64,000 bases of DNA, from positions 15,991 through 79,990 of the forward strand of contig CAZOJT010000009.1 in NCBI GenBank assembly GCA_964580215.1, given 5' to 3'. The notes under the pieces were generated by a model that worked only from the letters and a program-made list of their open reading frames with translations, did not search any database and had not been told where the DNA came from. Source of the stretch: an uncultured Ignavibacteria bacterium (GTDB lineage Bacteria > Zixibacteria > MSB-5A5 > SM1-73). The translations under genes and the position numbers were made by a program. Below, one piece after another: positions 10,119 through 19,193 of this stretch (position 1 is the first letter of the stretch; the number at the start of each line of letters is the position of its first letter).

Positions 10119-10619
10119 TTGGAAAATCCAATATTGACAAAATTAAAGGAGAAATTTTCAGAGTCGATTCTGGAGGTTGCTGAATTTCGAGGGGAATTGA
10201 CTATTGTAGTGAGAAGAGAAGACATTGTTTCCCTCTGTACCTTCTTACGGGATGAGCCGGAGCTTGCCTTCAATTTTCTTTCTGATCTTTGTGGAGTTGA
10301 TCGTCTCGGAAGACAGCCAAGATTCGACGTAAACTATCACCTCTACTCCTTAGATAAGAATCATCGATTGAGATTGAAAGTAAAAGTGGAGGAAGGGGAA
10401 AGCGTGCCTTCAGTTACCTCTGTCTGGAGCACAGCAAACTGGCATGAAAGAGAGGTATTCGACCTTTTTGGAATAAGGTTCGACAATCATCCGGACTTAA
10501 GAAGAATAGTGATGCCCGAAGACTGGGAGGGTCACCCCTTAAGAAAGGATTTTCCTTTGACCAGAGAGGAAGTGATGTTCACTCATAACAAAATTCTTCC
10601 TCCGAAGATAATAAAATAA
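10119..10619 (+). CDS. nuoC: NADH-quinone oxidoreductase subunit C (30 kDa)
   Basis: NuoC motifs (ANWHEREVFDLFGI). Confidence 0.85.
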   Translation: MENPILTKLKEKFSESILEVAEFRGELTIVVRREDIVSLCTFLRDEPELAFNFLSDLCGVDRLGRQPRFDVNYHLYSLDKNHRLRLKVKVEEGESVPSVTSVWSTANWHEREVFDLFGIRFDNHPDLRRIVMPEDWEGHPLRKDFPLTREEVMFTHNKILPPKIIK

Positions 10620-10682
10620 GATATGGAAGTGGCTTTTGTTATACACGAGGGTTCTTAGAAGTGATTTTTTTGAGTTATTATT

Positions 10683-10800
10683 TTGGAGTGTCAAGCTTTA
10701 GCTTGACCTTTTAGGTTCCTGGAAAATAAATAGACTTTTCTTGGCCCCGCTAAAGCGGGACACTCCAATTTCCACTCTCTAAAAACTTTTTCAGGAACCT
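10683..10800. repeat. MITE-like element with GGAGTGTC...GACACTCC termini
   Basis: ttggagtgtcaagctttagcttgacc…ccccgctaaagcgggacactccaa, plus flanking aggttcctggaaaa/tttttcaggaacct inverted repeats. Family members are at 12585, 55397, 58464, 61666 and 63441. Confidence 0.6.
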
Positions 10801-10830
10801 CATACACCAATCTTTGATAAAGGATTAAAT

Positions 10831-12033
10831 TTGAAACCAGAGGCTTTGAACAGAATTGAAAAAATCGGCACCAACACCATGGTACTGAATATGGGTCCTC
10901 AGCATCCCGCCACTCACGGTGTCTTGAGGGTGATCCTGGAGTTGGATGGCGAAACCGTGATCAAAGCTACACCGGACATAGGCTATTTGCATACTGGCAT
11001 TGAGAAGACCATGGAAAACAAGACCTATGCTCAGGTGATTCCTCTCACAGACAGGATGGATTATGTGGCATCGCTTTCCAATAACTTGGCTTACCTTCTA
11101 TCTGTGGAAAAGCTTTTGGACATTCAAGTTCCCCCAAAAGCACAGTTCGTCAGGGTGCTTTTGACCGAGCTGACCCGAATTGCCAGCCATTTAGTCTGGG
11201 TCGGTTCTCATGCCCACGATATAGGCGCCATGAGTATGCTTCTGTATGCTTTCCGGGAGAGAGAAAAGCTTCTGGACATATTTGAACTTGTCTCCGGGCA
11301 GAGAATGATGACCTCCTATTTCAGAATCGGTGGGCTGGCTCAGGATGTCCCGGACGGATTTGAACCCAAAGTCAGGGAAGTTTTAGATACCTTTCCAGAC
11401 AGGATAAATGATTACGAAAATCTTTTGACTAAAAACCGCATCTGGCTTAATCGAACTGTGGGGGTAGGAAAGATCTCTGCAAATGATGCCATCAACTGTG
11501 GTGTTTCAGGTCCCATTTTGCGAGCCTGCGGAGTGAAGTGGGATATCAGAAAATCCAATCCCTATTCCGGTTATGACAGGTTCGAATTTGATATACCTGC
11601 CGGAAAAAATGGAGACGTTTATGATCGTTATTTAGTCCGGCTGGAGGAGATGAAGCAAAGCTTAAGAATAGTGGGACAGGCTTTGGATGGAATTCCAGAG
11701 GGAGATTTTGTTGCCCGGATTCCCGGAGTGGTGCTTCCTCCCAAGGAGGAGGTTCTCTCCAACATTGAAGCTTTGATATTTCAATTCAAATTGGTAGTGG
11801 AAGGATTTTGCCCACCGGTGGGGGAAGTTTATCACTCCATCGAATCTCCCAAGGGAGAGTTGGGCTACTATATCGTCTCAGACGGGTCAAACAAACCCTA
11901 TCGAGTTAGAGTGAGGCCTCCCTGTTTTGTCAACTTAAGTGCTCTCCCCAAAATGATCGAAGGAAGGCTGATTGCTGACGTGGTGGCGGTCATCGGAAGC
12001 ATTGATATTGTGTTGGGTGAAGTGGATAGGTAA
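10831..12033 (+). CDS. nuoD: NADH-quinone oxidoreductase subunit D (49 kDa)
   Basis: Motifs NMGPQHPATHGVLR and RIASHL; full length. Confidence 0.9.
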   Translation: MKPEALNRIEKIGTNTMVLNMGPQHPATHGVLRVILELDGETVIKATPDIGYLHTGIEKTMENKTYAQVIPLTDRMDYVASLSNNLAYLLSVEKLLDIQVPPKAQFVRVLLTELTRIASHLVWVGSHAHDIGAMSMLLYAFREREKLLDIFELVSGQRMMTSYFRIGGLAQDVPDGFEPKVREVLDTFPDRINDYENLLTKNRIWLNRTVGVGKISANDAINCGVSGPILRACGVKWDIRKSNPYSGYDRFEFDIPAGKNGDVYDRYLVRLEEMKQSLRIVGQALDGIPEGDFVARIPGVVLPPKEEVLSNIEALIFQFKLVVEGFCPPVGEVYHSIESPKGELGYYIVSDGSNKPYRVRVRPPCFVNLSALPKMIEGRLIADVVAVIGSIDIVLGEVDR

Positions 12034-12036
12034 AAA

Positions 12037-12074
12037 GGTTTACGGTTTGAGGTTCAAGGTTCAAGGTTTAAGGT
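12037..12074. repeat. GGTTYAAG heptamer/octamer tandem repeat
   Basis: ggtttacggtttgaggttcaaggttcaaggtttaagg lies immediately 5' of the nuoE start. Confidence 0.7.
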
Positions 12075-12082
12075 AAGATGAT

Positions 12083-12562
12083 ATGCTGAGTGAATCTGCT
12101 AAAAAGAGGATTGCTGAGTTAAAAGAGAAATTTCCGGAAAGAAAGTCTGCCATCCTTCCGGCCATGCACGTGGTGCTGGAGGAGATCGGTTTTTATAATC
12201 GAGATATTCTAAAACAGGTAGCAGGGCTTCTTGATCTAAGTGAGATGGAGGTGGCTGAGGTCGTTTCCTTTTATACCTATTTCCCCAAGCAGGGAGTGGG
12301 CAAATATCACATACAGGTGTGTTCAAATGTCTCATGCATGCTTTTGGGAGCAGAACAACTTTTGAGCTACCTGGAGGAGAAGCTAAAGATAAAAGTTGGG
12401 GAAACCACCCCGGATGGTCTTTTTACTTTGTCCGAAGTGGAATGTCTGGGCTCTTGTGGCACGGCTCCGGTGATGCAGATAAACCAGACCTATTATGAAA
12501 ATCTGACCAGAGTCAAGGTGGATAGAATAATTAAGGATTTGAGAAAACAGAAAGAAATATGA
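12083..12562 (+). CDS. nuoE: NADH-quinone oxidoreductase subunit E (24 kDa, 2Fe-2S)
   Basis: Thioredoxin-like fold with Cys motifs CxxxxC…CLGxC. Confidence 0.9.
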   Translation: MLSESAKKRIAELKEKFPERKSAILPAMHVVLEEIGFYNRDILKQVAGLLDLSEMEVAEVVSFYTYFPKQGVGKYHIQVCSNVSCMLLGAEQLLSYLEEKLKIKVGETTPDGLFTLSEVECLGSCGTAPVMQINQTYYENLTRVKVDRIIKDLRKQKEI

Positions 12563-12584
12563 GACAGATTTCAGCTTAGTTGTG

Positions 12585-12668
12585 CTGGAGTGTCCCGCTT
12601 TAGCGGGACCAACAAAATCTTGAAATACAAAAGACTCTTTTGAGTCCACCTAAAGGTGGACACTCCAG
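12585..12668. repeat. MITE-like element with GGAGTGTC...GACACTCC termini
   Basis: ctggagtgtcccgctttagcgggacc…ccacctaaaggtggacactccag. Confidence 0.6.
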
Positions 12669-12695
12669 TTTACCTTCTCTAAGGTTTTTTTAGGG

Positions 12696-13991
12696 ATGGG
12701 TGAGAAAATAATGGAAAAGATTTTGTTTAAATATATAGATGTTCCAGACCAATACAAGATCGACACCTACATCCGAAATGGTGGCTATCGGGCTCTGCCC
12801 AAAGCTTTGAAAGAACATACCCCAAATGAGTTGATTGAGATGGTAAAAAAATCAGGCTTGCGGGGAAGGGGAGGGGCTGGTTTTCCTGCTGGACTCAAAT
12901 GGAGCTTTGTTCCCAAAGACTCACCCAAGCCCAGGTTTTTGCTATGTAACGCAGATGAAGGGGAGCCGGGCACATTCAAAGACCGGGCTTTGATCGAAAA
13001 TGATCCTCACCAATTGTTGGAGGGGATCATCATCGCCTCTTACGCCATAGGAGCGCACCGGGCTTTCATTTACATCCGGGGAGAATTTTATTTCGGAGCC
13101 AAGAGATTAGAGAAGGCTATACGCGAGTGTTATCAAAAAGGATACCTGGGAAAAAACATTTTGGGAGCAGGCTTTGATCTGGATGTGGATGTATACAGAG
13201 GAGGAGGAGCATACATCTGCGGAGAAGAGACCTCTTTGATGGAATCGGTTGAGGGGGGAAGGGCAAATCCCCGACTGAAGCCACCTTTTCCCGCCTCGGT
13301 AGGACTTTACAGAAATCCTACGGTGATCAATAACGTGGAAACTCTGTCAAATGTTCCTCATATCGTGTTGAATGGAGCAGAATGGTTTGCAAATATCGGT
13401 GAACCCAAAAGCACCGGCACAAAGATATTTTCCCTTTCCGGTCACGTAAATAAACCTGGCAATTACGAACTTCCCATGGGTGTTACTTTAAGGGAGTTGA
13501 TTTTTGAGCATGGCGGAGGCATAAAAGATAATCGCCAACTGAAAGCTGTAATACCGGGCGGAGTATCCACCCCGGTTTTGACCGCTGACCTTCTGGATGT
13601 GAAGATGGATTTTGAATCCCTTTATGAAGCCGGGTCGCTTTTAGGATCCGGAGCCACCATTGTGATGGACGAGACTACCTGTATGGTAAAGGTGGCTTAT
13701 CGTATATCCAAATTCTTTGAGCATGAGTCTTGTGGCAAATGTGTTCCCTGCAGAGAGGGAACCAGGTGGATCAGACAGATCATGGAGAGGATTGAAAACG
13801 GAAAAGGGAGAGAACAGGATCTGGATCTTCTTCGAGACATCTGCGCCAATATAGCCGGGAATACGGTCTGCCCGATGGGTGATGCCGCGGTGGTTCCTGT
13901 CACCAGTACCATAGAGAAGTTCCGGGATGAGTATGAGTATCACATAAAGAACAAAAAATGTATGGTGGATTTGGGGGCAAGATTTGTATGA
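12696..13991 (+). CDS. nuoF: NADH-quinone oxidoreductase subunit F (51 kDa, FMN/NADH-binding)
   Basis: GRGGAGFP glycine-rich motif and 4Fe-4S motif ESCGKCVPCREG. Confidence 0.9.
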   Translation: MGEKIMEKILFKYIDVPDQYKIDTYIRNGGYRALPKALKEHTPNELIEMVKKSGLRGRGGAGFPAGLKWSFVPKDSPKPRFLLCNADEGEPGTFKDRALIENDPHQLLEGIIIASYAIGAHRAFIYIRGEFYFGAKRLEKAIRECYQKGYLGKNILGAGFDLDVDVYRGGGAYICGEETSLMESVEGGRANPRLKPPFPASVGLYRNPTVINNVETLSNVPHIVLNGAEWFANIGEPKSTGTKIFSLSGHVNKPGNYELPMGVTLRELIFEHGGGIKDNRQLKAVIPGGVSTPVLTADLLDVKMDFESLYEAGSLLGSGATIVMDETTCMVKVAYRISKFFEHESCGKCVPCREGTRWIRQIMERIENGKGREQDLDLLRDICANIAGNTVCPMGDAAVVPVTSTIEKFRDEYEYHIKNKKCMVDLGARFV

Positions 13992-13994
13992 AGA

Positions 13995-14087
13995 GGTCAA
14001 CGGATGGGTCAACGGATTAAACGGATTAAGCGGATGGGTCAGCGGATTGAACGGATGGGTCAACGGATGAAGCGGATTAAGCGGATG
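13995..14087. repeat. tandem array of GGTCAACGGAT/TRARCGGAT units
   Basis: About 8 units between nuoF and nuoG. Confidence 0.8.
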
Positions 14088-14103
14088 AAGTGATCAAGAT
14101 AAT

Positions 14104-16350
14104 ATGGTGACCTTAACCATAGATGGAAAAAAGGTAATAGTGGAGGAGGGGATCACTATCCTTAAGGCGGCGGGAAAACTGGGGATAGAGATTCCCACCT
14201 TCTGCTTTCACGATAAGCTGGAGCCGGTGGGCGCCTGTCGAATGTGTCTGGTGGAGGTGGAGGAGATGGGGAAACTTCAGGTTGCTTGTGCTACCCCAGT
14301 CTCTGAGGGAATGGTAGTAAAAACTGATACTCCCCAGGTGAGAGCCGCCAGAAAGGGTGTTTTGGAGTTTCTACTTATTAATCACCCATTGGATTGTCCT
14401 GTCTGTGATAAGGGGGGAGAATGTGAACTTCAAAATTTGGTGTTCAAATATGGCTCAGATAAAAGCAGATATGTAGAGGAAAAAAGAAGATTTTCGGTCG
14501 ATCCCAAATCCAAGTATGATGATCTACCTGTCGGATCGCAGATAATAAGAAATATGAATCGTTGCATCCTGTGCCGCAAGTGCGTTCGATTTATAACTGA
14601 GATCGCCGGGGAAACTGACCTGGGAACCTTTGGGCGAGGGTCAAGATCAGAGATAAACGTCTTACCGGATATTCCGGTTGACAATCCCTATTCGGGAAAT
14701 GTGGTGGAAATCTGTCCGGTGGGTGCTTTGACTTCAAAATCCTTCAGATATAAAGTGCGGGTTTGGCAGACTGAAGTCACGTCTTCAATCTGCCCTCTTT
14801 GTGGCGATGGTTGTAACATTAAGCTATGGACAAAGGATGATAAAATTTACCGCATCACTTCTCGAAGGAATGATTTGGTGGATGAGGGATTTTTATGCGA
14901 TAAGGGCAGATTCGGATTCGAGTTCGTCAATCATCCTGACAGGTTGAAGCATCCTTTAATAAAGAAAAATGGAAAACTTTCACCTGCGGATTGGGACGAG
15001 GCGATCGAATTGGTGGCTTTAAAGCTAAGAAACATAAAGGAGCAATCTGGTGCAGATTCTCTGGCTGGAGTGGGTTCATCAAAATTCACCAATGAGGAGA
15101 ACTACATCTTGCAGAAATTCTTCAGAGTGGTGCTGGGAACTAATAACATCGATCATCGAGTCAATTCAAAACGTCTTCTGCCCAGCCCTAATTTTAAAGC
15201 TAAAAATCAAATTTATAGCATGACCAATTCTATAAGTGAGATCGAGAAGGCGAAGCTGATTTTTGTCTTGGGCTGTGATCTACAAAAGGAACATCCTATA
15301 ATAACCCTGAGAGTGATAAAATCAGTCAGGAAAGGCAATGCTCTGATTTTGGCAAATTCAGAAAGCTCCCGCTTGAATAGATTCGCCCAGGATGAGCTAA
15401 TTTACAAGAAGGGAACCGAGTTGGATTTGTTAAATGGAGTAACAAGTGAGATCATAGAGGAAAAACTATTTGATGCTGATAAGATGGGTCTCTTTGAAAA
15501 CGAGATGCAGAAGCTACGAGAGAAAGTCCAGCCATTTGACAGCAAAAAAGTTTCGCAGACAACCGGGATTTCTTCAGACAAAATCAGAAGCTTGGCTCAT
15601 GCGCTAACAAGAGTTGAAAGCATCATGATTCTTTGTGGCAGAGAAATAATTACTCATCCGCAAAACGCTAAGATAATCGACTCTCTGTATGATCTTTTGC
15701 ATTTGACCGGACACCAGGATAAAGACGGTTGCGGGGTCAATCTACTGGGGGAGGATTGCAATTCCCAGGGAGCTTTGGATTGCGGGGTTTTGCCGGATAG
15801 GCTTCCGGGCTATATCGACGTTTCGGATGAAGCTTTGCGAAAAAAGGTTGAACAAATCTGGAATGCTGAAGTTCCAGATAAGCCGGGGCTTGATTTTAAT
15901 TCCATGTTGGAAGGAATTAATCAAGGGAGGATCAAGGCAATGTATATCGCAGGTGCAGACCCGGTGAGTGAATATCCGGACAGAGACTACGTAAAAGGTG
16001 CACTCAAAAGGCTTGATTTTCTGGTGGTTCAGGACATCTTCTTAACCGAGACTGCCAAGTTAGCCCATGCGGTTTTGCCCGGAGCCTCTTTTGCTGAAAA
16101 AGACGGGACCTTCACCAACGTGGAGAGAAGGGTTCAAAAACTCAAGAAAGCATTCAATCCTTTAGCAAATTGTAGGGCTGATTGGTATATCATCTGTATG
16201 TTAGCCCAAGCCATGGGATACGATTTTGATCACACCTCAGCCGGGCAAATTTTCGAAGAGTTAGTCAAGGTCTCGCCCATTTATTCAAAAATAGACTGGG
16301 AAGATTTAGGTGAATCGGGAAAACAATGGGAAATTGAGAAAGGTATATGA
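14104..16350 (+). CDS. nuoG: NADH-quinone oxidoreductase subunit G (75 kDa, molybdopterin-like)
   Basis: N-terminal 2Fe-2S and 4Fe-4S Cys clusters (CRMC, HPLDCPVCDKGGEC, CILCRKC), then a molybdopterin-oxidoreductase-like domain. Confidence 0.9.
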   Translation: MVTLTIDGKKVIVEEGITILKAAGKLGIEIPTFCFHDKLEPVGACRMCLVEVEEMGKLQVACATPVSEGMVVKTDTPQVRAARKGVLEFLLINHPLDCPVCDKGGECELQNLVFKYGSDKSRYVEEKRRFSVDPKSKYDDLPVGSQIIRNMNRCILCRKCVRFITEIAGETDLGTFGRGSRSEINVLPDIPVDNPYSGNVVEICPVGALTSKSFRYKVRVWQTEVTSSICPLCGDGCNIKLWTKDDKIYRITSRRNDLVDEGFLCDKGRFGFEFVNHPDRLKHPLIKKNGKLSPADWDEAIELVALKLRNIKEQSGADSLAGVGSSKFTNEENYILQKFFRVVLGTNNIDHRVNSKRLLPSPNFKAKNQIYSMTNSISEIEKAKLIFVLGCDLQKEHPIITLRVIKSVRKGNALILANSESSRLNRFAQDELIYKKGTELDLLNGVTSEIIEEKLFDADKMGLFENEMQKLREKVQPFDSKKVSQTTGISSDKIRSLAHALTRVESIMILCGREIITHPQNAKIIDSLYDLLHLTGHQDKDGCGVNLLGEDCNSQGALDCGVLPDRLPGYIDVSDEALRKKVEQIWNAEVPDKPGLDFNSMLEGINQGRIKAMYIAGADPVSEYPDRDYVKGALKRLDFLVVQDIFLTETAKLAHAVLPGASFAEKDGTFTNVERRVQKLKKAFNPLANCRADWYIICMLAQAMGYDFDHTSAGQIFEELVKVSPIYSKIDWEDLGESGKQWEIEKGI

Positions 16351-16396
16351 TTGAGATTATGAAAACTAAGATGGCTATCAACAATAAAAGAACCTT

Positions 16397-16550
16397 TTTA
16401 ATACAAAAGCAAGAAATAAATTTATATACCCCTCACCCTAACCCTCTCCCACAAGGGGAGAGGGAACTTCATAAATTTCCCCCTCCCTTGATGGGAGGGG
16501 GTGAGGGGGAGGGTGATTATGTCAATTTATTTAATTCGTTTACTATAGTT
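16397..16550. repeat. REP/MITE-like palindromic element (same family as 9283-9480) plus gtcgggattttgtaatcccgac hairpin
   Basis: Near-identical blocks atacaaaagcaag…cccctcaccc and …gggggtgagggg-agggtgattatgtca-tttatttaatt. Confidence 0.6.
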
Positions 16551-16649
16551 ATGTCGGGATTTTGTAATCCCGACACAAGCTTGGGCTTCGGGAATACAAA
16601 TTCCCGAAGCAACAAGGAGCCTGTGGTTTCATAGTGATTCGGGGAAAGC

Positions 16650-17633
16650 ATGTTAGCATTTATCATTATTACCTTGATTAAAGTCGCACTGGTTCTGGTT
16701 GTTTTTCTACTGTTGATTGCTTACCTGACCTGGCTGGAAAGGAAACTTTTGGGTCATTTTCAGGTGAGATTGGGTCCCATGCGGGTGGGACCTCATGGTC
16801 TTCTTCAGCCCATCGCAGACGGTGTAAAACTTCTTTTTAAAGAAGACATAGTTCCAGCGAATGTGCATAAATTCATCTATAATTTGGCTCCTGTTTTGAC
16901 CTTTATCCCTGCCTTGATAATTGTGGCAGTCATCCCCTTCGGATCTGGGATAAAACTTCTGGGATACGAAGTCGATATGGTGATCTCCAACTTCAATATG
17001 GGAATACTTTACGTACTTGCGGTCAGCTCTTTGGGGGTATACGGACTGGTTTTAGCTGGCTGGTCCTCCAACAACAAATATTCGCTTCTGGGAGGCTTGA
17101 GGTCTTCCGCCCAGATGATCAGCTATGAAGTATCCTTAGGTCTTTCCCTGATTGGGGTTTTGATGATTGCCGGTTCTTTAAGCTTGGTTGACATAGTGAA
17201 CGCACAGGATAAGTTTTTCAACTGGTTTATTTTCCGCCAACCGCTGGGATTTCTCCTGTATCTTATCTGTGCCATTGCCGAGACCAACCGTGCTCCTTTT
17301 GATCTCCCCGAGGCGGAAAATGAACTGGTGGCAGGATATATGACCGAGTATTCGTCCATGAAGTTCGCCATGTTCTTCTTAGGAGAGTATGGCAACATGA
17401 TAAATGTCTCTGCCTTGGCGACCACTCTGTTTTTGGGCGGGTGGCATGGTCCGTTTTTGCCGCCGGTGGTCTGGTTTCTGATAAAGATGGTTTTGTTTCT
17501 CTTTTTCTACATCTGGATAAGAGCCACACTGCCAAGATTCAGATATGATCAGTTGATGAATTTCGGATGGAAGGTATTGCTACCTCTGGCGCTCCTTAAT
17601 ATTTTCGTCACGGCGGTGATAATGATATTGTAA
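16650..17633 (+). CDS. nuoH: NADH-quinone oxidoreductase subunit H
   Basis: 8-TM protein with NuoH signature motifs ([11 protein letters not shown]). Confidence 0.9.
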   Translation: MLAFIIITLIKVALVLVVFLLLIAYLTWLERKLLGHFQVRLGPMRVGPHGLLQPIADGVKLLFKEDIVPANVHKFIYNLAPVLTFIPALIIVAVIPFGSGIKLLGYEVDMVISNFNMGILYVLAVSSLGVYGLVLAGWSSNNKYSLLGGLRSSAQMISYEVSLGLSLIGVLMIAGSLSLVDIVNAQDKFFNWFIFRQPLGFLLYLICAIAETNRAPFDLPEAENELVAGYMTEYSSMKFAMFFLGEYGNMINVSALATTLFLGGWHGPFLPPVVWFLIKMVLFLFFYIWIRATLPRFRYDQLMNFGWKVLLPLALLNIFVTAVIMIL

Positions 17634-17637
17634 AAAA

Positions 17638-17702
17638 AGTTCAAAAGTTCAAAGGTTAAAAAGTTCAAGCGTTTAATGGTTCAAAGGTTCAATGGTTCAA
17701 TT
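17638..17702. repeat. GGTTCAA-type heptamer tandem repeat
   Basis: gttcaaaagttcaaaggttaaaaagttcaagcgtttaatggttcaaaggttcaatggttcaa. It overlaps the annotated nuoI start. Confidence 0.7.
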
Positions 17703-18158
17703 ATGTTTGATGTTTTGAAAACCATATTCTGGGCGATTCCTAGAGGTTTGTCGGTCACTTTCAAATATCTGCTTTCCCGACCGACTACGGTAAGATATCC
17801 AGAGCAGAAGCTGACACTTTCTCCGCGGTATAGAGGTCTACACTATCTGGAAAGAAACGAGGATGGGTCGGAGAGGTGCGTCTGCTGTGGGCTCTGTGCC
17901 GCCACCTGTCCCTCCGGGTGCATATACATGGAGCCGGCAGAAAACGAATTTGGTGAAAGATATGCTAAAGTGTATGAGATAAATGAACTCAGATGTATAT
18001 TCTGCGGATATTGCCAGGAAGCCTGTCCCAAGGAGGCGATTTTCTTAGGAAAGGAATACGAATTCTCCAATGACAGACGGGAGAAGTTGATATACACCAA
18101 AGAAGATCTGTTGGTGCCTTTGGACAAAAAGGGTCAACGGATTGGTCAACGGATGTAA
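17676..18158 (+). CDS. nuoI: NADH-quinone oxidoreductase subunit I (2x4Fe-4S ferredoxin)
   Basis: Two CxxCxxCxxxCP motifs. The start may be at 17703. The 3' codons are encoded by the GGTCAACGGAT repeat. Confidence 0.9.
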   Translation: MVQRFNGSIMFDVLKTIFWAIPRGLSVTFKYLLSRPTTVRYPEQKLTLSPRYRGLHYLERNEDGSERCVCCGLCAATCPSGCIYMEPAENEFGERYAKVYEINELRCIFCGYCQEACPKEAIFLGKEYEFSNDRREKLIYTKEDLLVPLDKKGQRIGQRM

Positions 18159-18194
18159 CGGATTGGTCAACGGATGTAACGGATTAAACGGATA
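18132..18194. repeat. tandem array of GGTCAACGGAT units
   Basis: ggtcaacggattggtcaacggatgtaacggattggtcaacggatgtaacggattaaacggat. Confidence 0.8.
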
Positions 18195-18199
18195 GGAAG

Positions 18200-18706
18200 A
18201 TGGAGATTTTGATCTTTTCCATAGTGGCGGTGGTTGCGGTTGCCTGTTCTATTTTGGTGATTAGCCAGAGAAGCCCAGTGGCAAGCGCACTCTTTCTGAT
18301 AGCCACCATGGCAAGCTTAGCCATACTCTTTTTGTTATTGAACGCTCCGTTCTTGGCGGCAATCCAGATCATAGTTTATGCCGGTGCCATCATGGTCTTG
18401 TTCCTGTTTGTTATCATGCTTTTGAATCTGAGGAGGGACGAATTCGGTCCGGAGAAAAGAAAAGCTCAGCGATTTTTTGCTATTCTGTTCGTCTTTCTAC
18501 TTCTGATCGGAATGGCAACCGTTATTGAGGTGGGAGTTTTTGGTTCTAAATCAGCCGAAGATGTTTCCGAGTCTGCCATTCCCGCTGGGGTTGAGCCTTT
18601 GGCTCAACTTCTTTTCACCAAATATCTTTTTCCGTTTGAGTTGGCGTCGGTTTTGCTTTTGGTGGCAATTGTGGGTGCCATAGTTATGGCAAAAAGGAAA
18701 TTATGA
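18200..18706 (+). CDS. nuoJ: NADH-quinone oxidoreductase subunit J
   Basis: 5-TM small subunit lying in the J position. Confidence 0.85.
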   Translation: MEILIFSIVAVVAVACSILVISQRSPVASALFLIATMASLAILFLLLNAPFLAAIQIIVYAGAIMVLFLFVIMLLNLRRDEFGPEKRKAQRFFAILFVFLLLIGMATVIEVGVFGSKSAEDVSESAIPAGVEPLAQLLFTKYLFPFELASVLLLVAIVGAIVMAKRKL

Positions 18707-18807
18707 AAACTTAATCTGGGATAAATGGTTCATATACCGCAGAGCCGTGAAGGCTCTGCTACGCGATATTCGGTAAGAAAGAAAAGAATCAATTCAGGGT
18801 AAAAGCA

Positions 18808-19110
18808 ATGGTTTCTTCATCTCCATATTTAATACTGAGTGCGGTGATTTTCGCCATCGGCGTTCTGGGAGTTTTAGTCAGGCGAAACATTTTGATCATG
18901 TTTATGTCCATCGAGCTGATGCTGAATGCGGTTAATTTAGCATTTGTGGCCTTATCCAGACAGTTGGGTTCTCTGGATGGTCAGGTGGTTGTGTTTTTAG
19001 TGATGACCGTGGCGGCGGCAGAAGCCGCGGTGGGATTGGCAATAATCATATGTTTGTTTAGGAATAAAAAAAGCGTTAATGTTGATGACTTCAACTTGAT
19101 GAAATGGTAA
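18808..19110 (+). CDS. nuoK: NADH-quinone oxidoreductase subunit K
   Basis: 100 aa, 3 TM, conserved EAAVGLA motif. Confidence 0.9.
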   Translation: MVSSSPYLILSAVIFAIGVLGVLVRRNILIMFMSIELMLNAVNLAFVALSRQLGSLDGQVVVFLVMTVAAAEAAVGLAIIICLFRNKKSVNVDDFNLMKW

Positions 19111-19193
19111 GCTGTCCACAGTCCTCAGTCCACTGTCCATGGTTAAAAGCCTTAGCTGTGGACTGTCGACGGTGGGCTGTGGACGATTAAAAA

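Noticed and set aside
16347-16634. ORFs 16347..16634, 24380..24694, 29171..29731 and 55351..55713, and the N-terminal 24 codons of the nuoB ORF
   Set aside because: They are composed almost entirely of palindromic repeat DNA, which translates into G/E/P-rich nonsense. They lie in operon-internal spacers. They are treated as translation artefacts of repeat elements.
12037-17702. GGTTCAAGG tandem repeats acting as Shine-Dalgarno/standby sites for nuoE and nuoI
   Set aside because: Canonical AGGAGG SD sequences are used elsewhere in the window. The same repeats also occur in the opposite orientation or downstream of genes in the atp operon.
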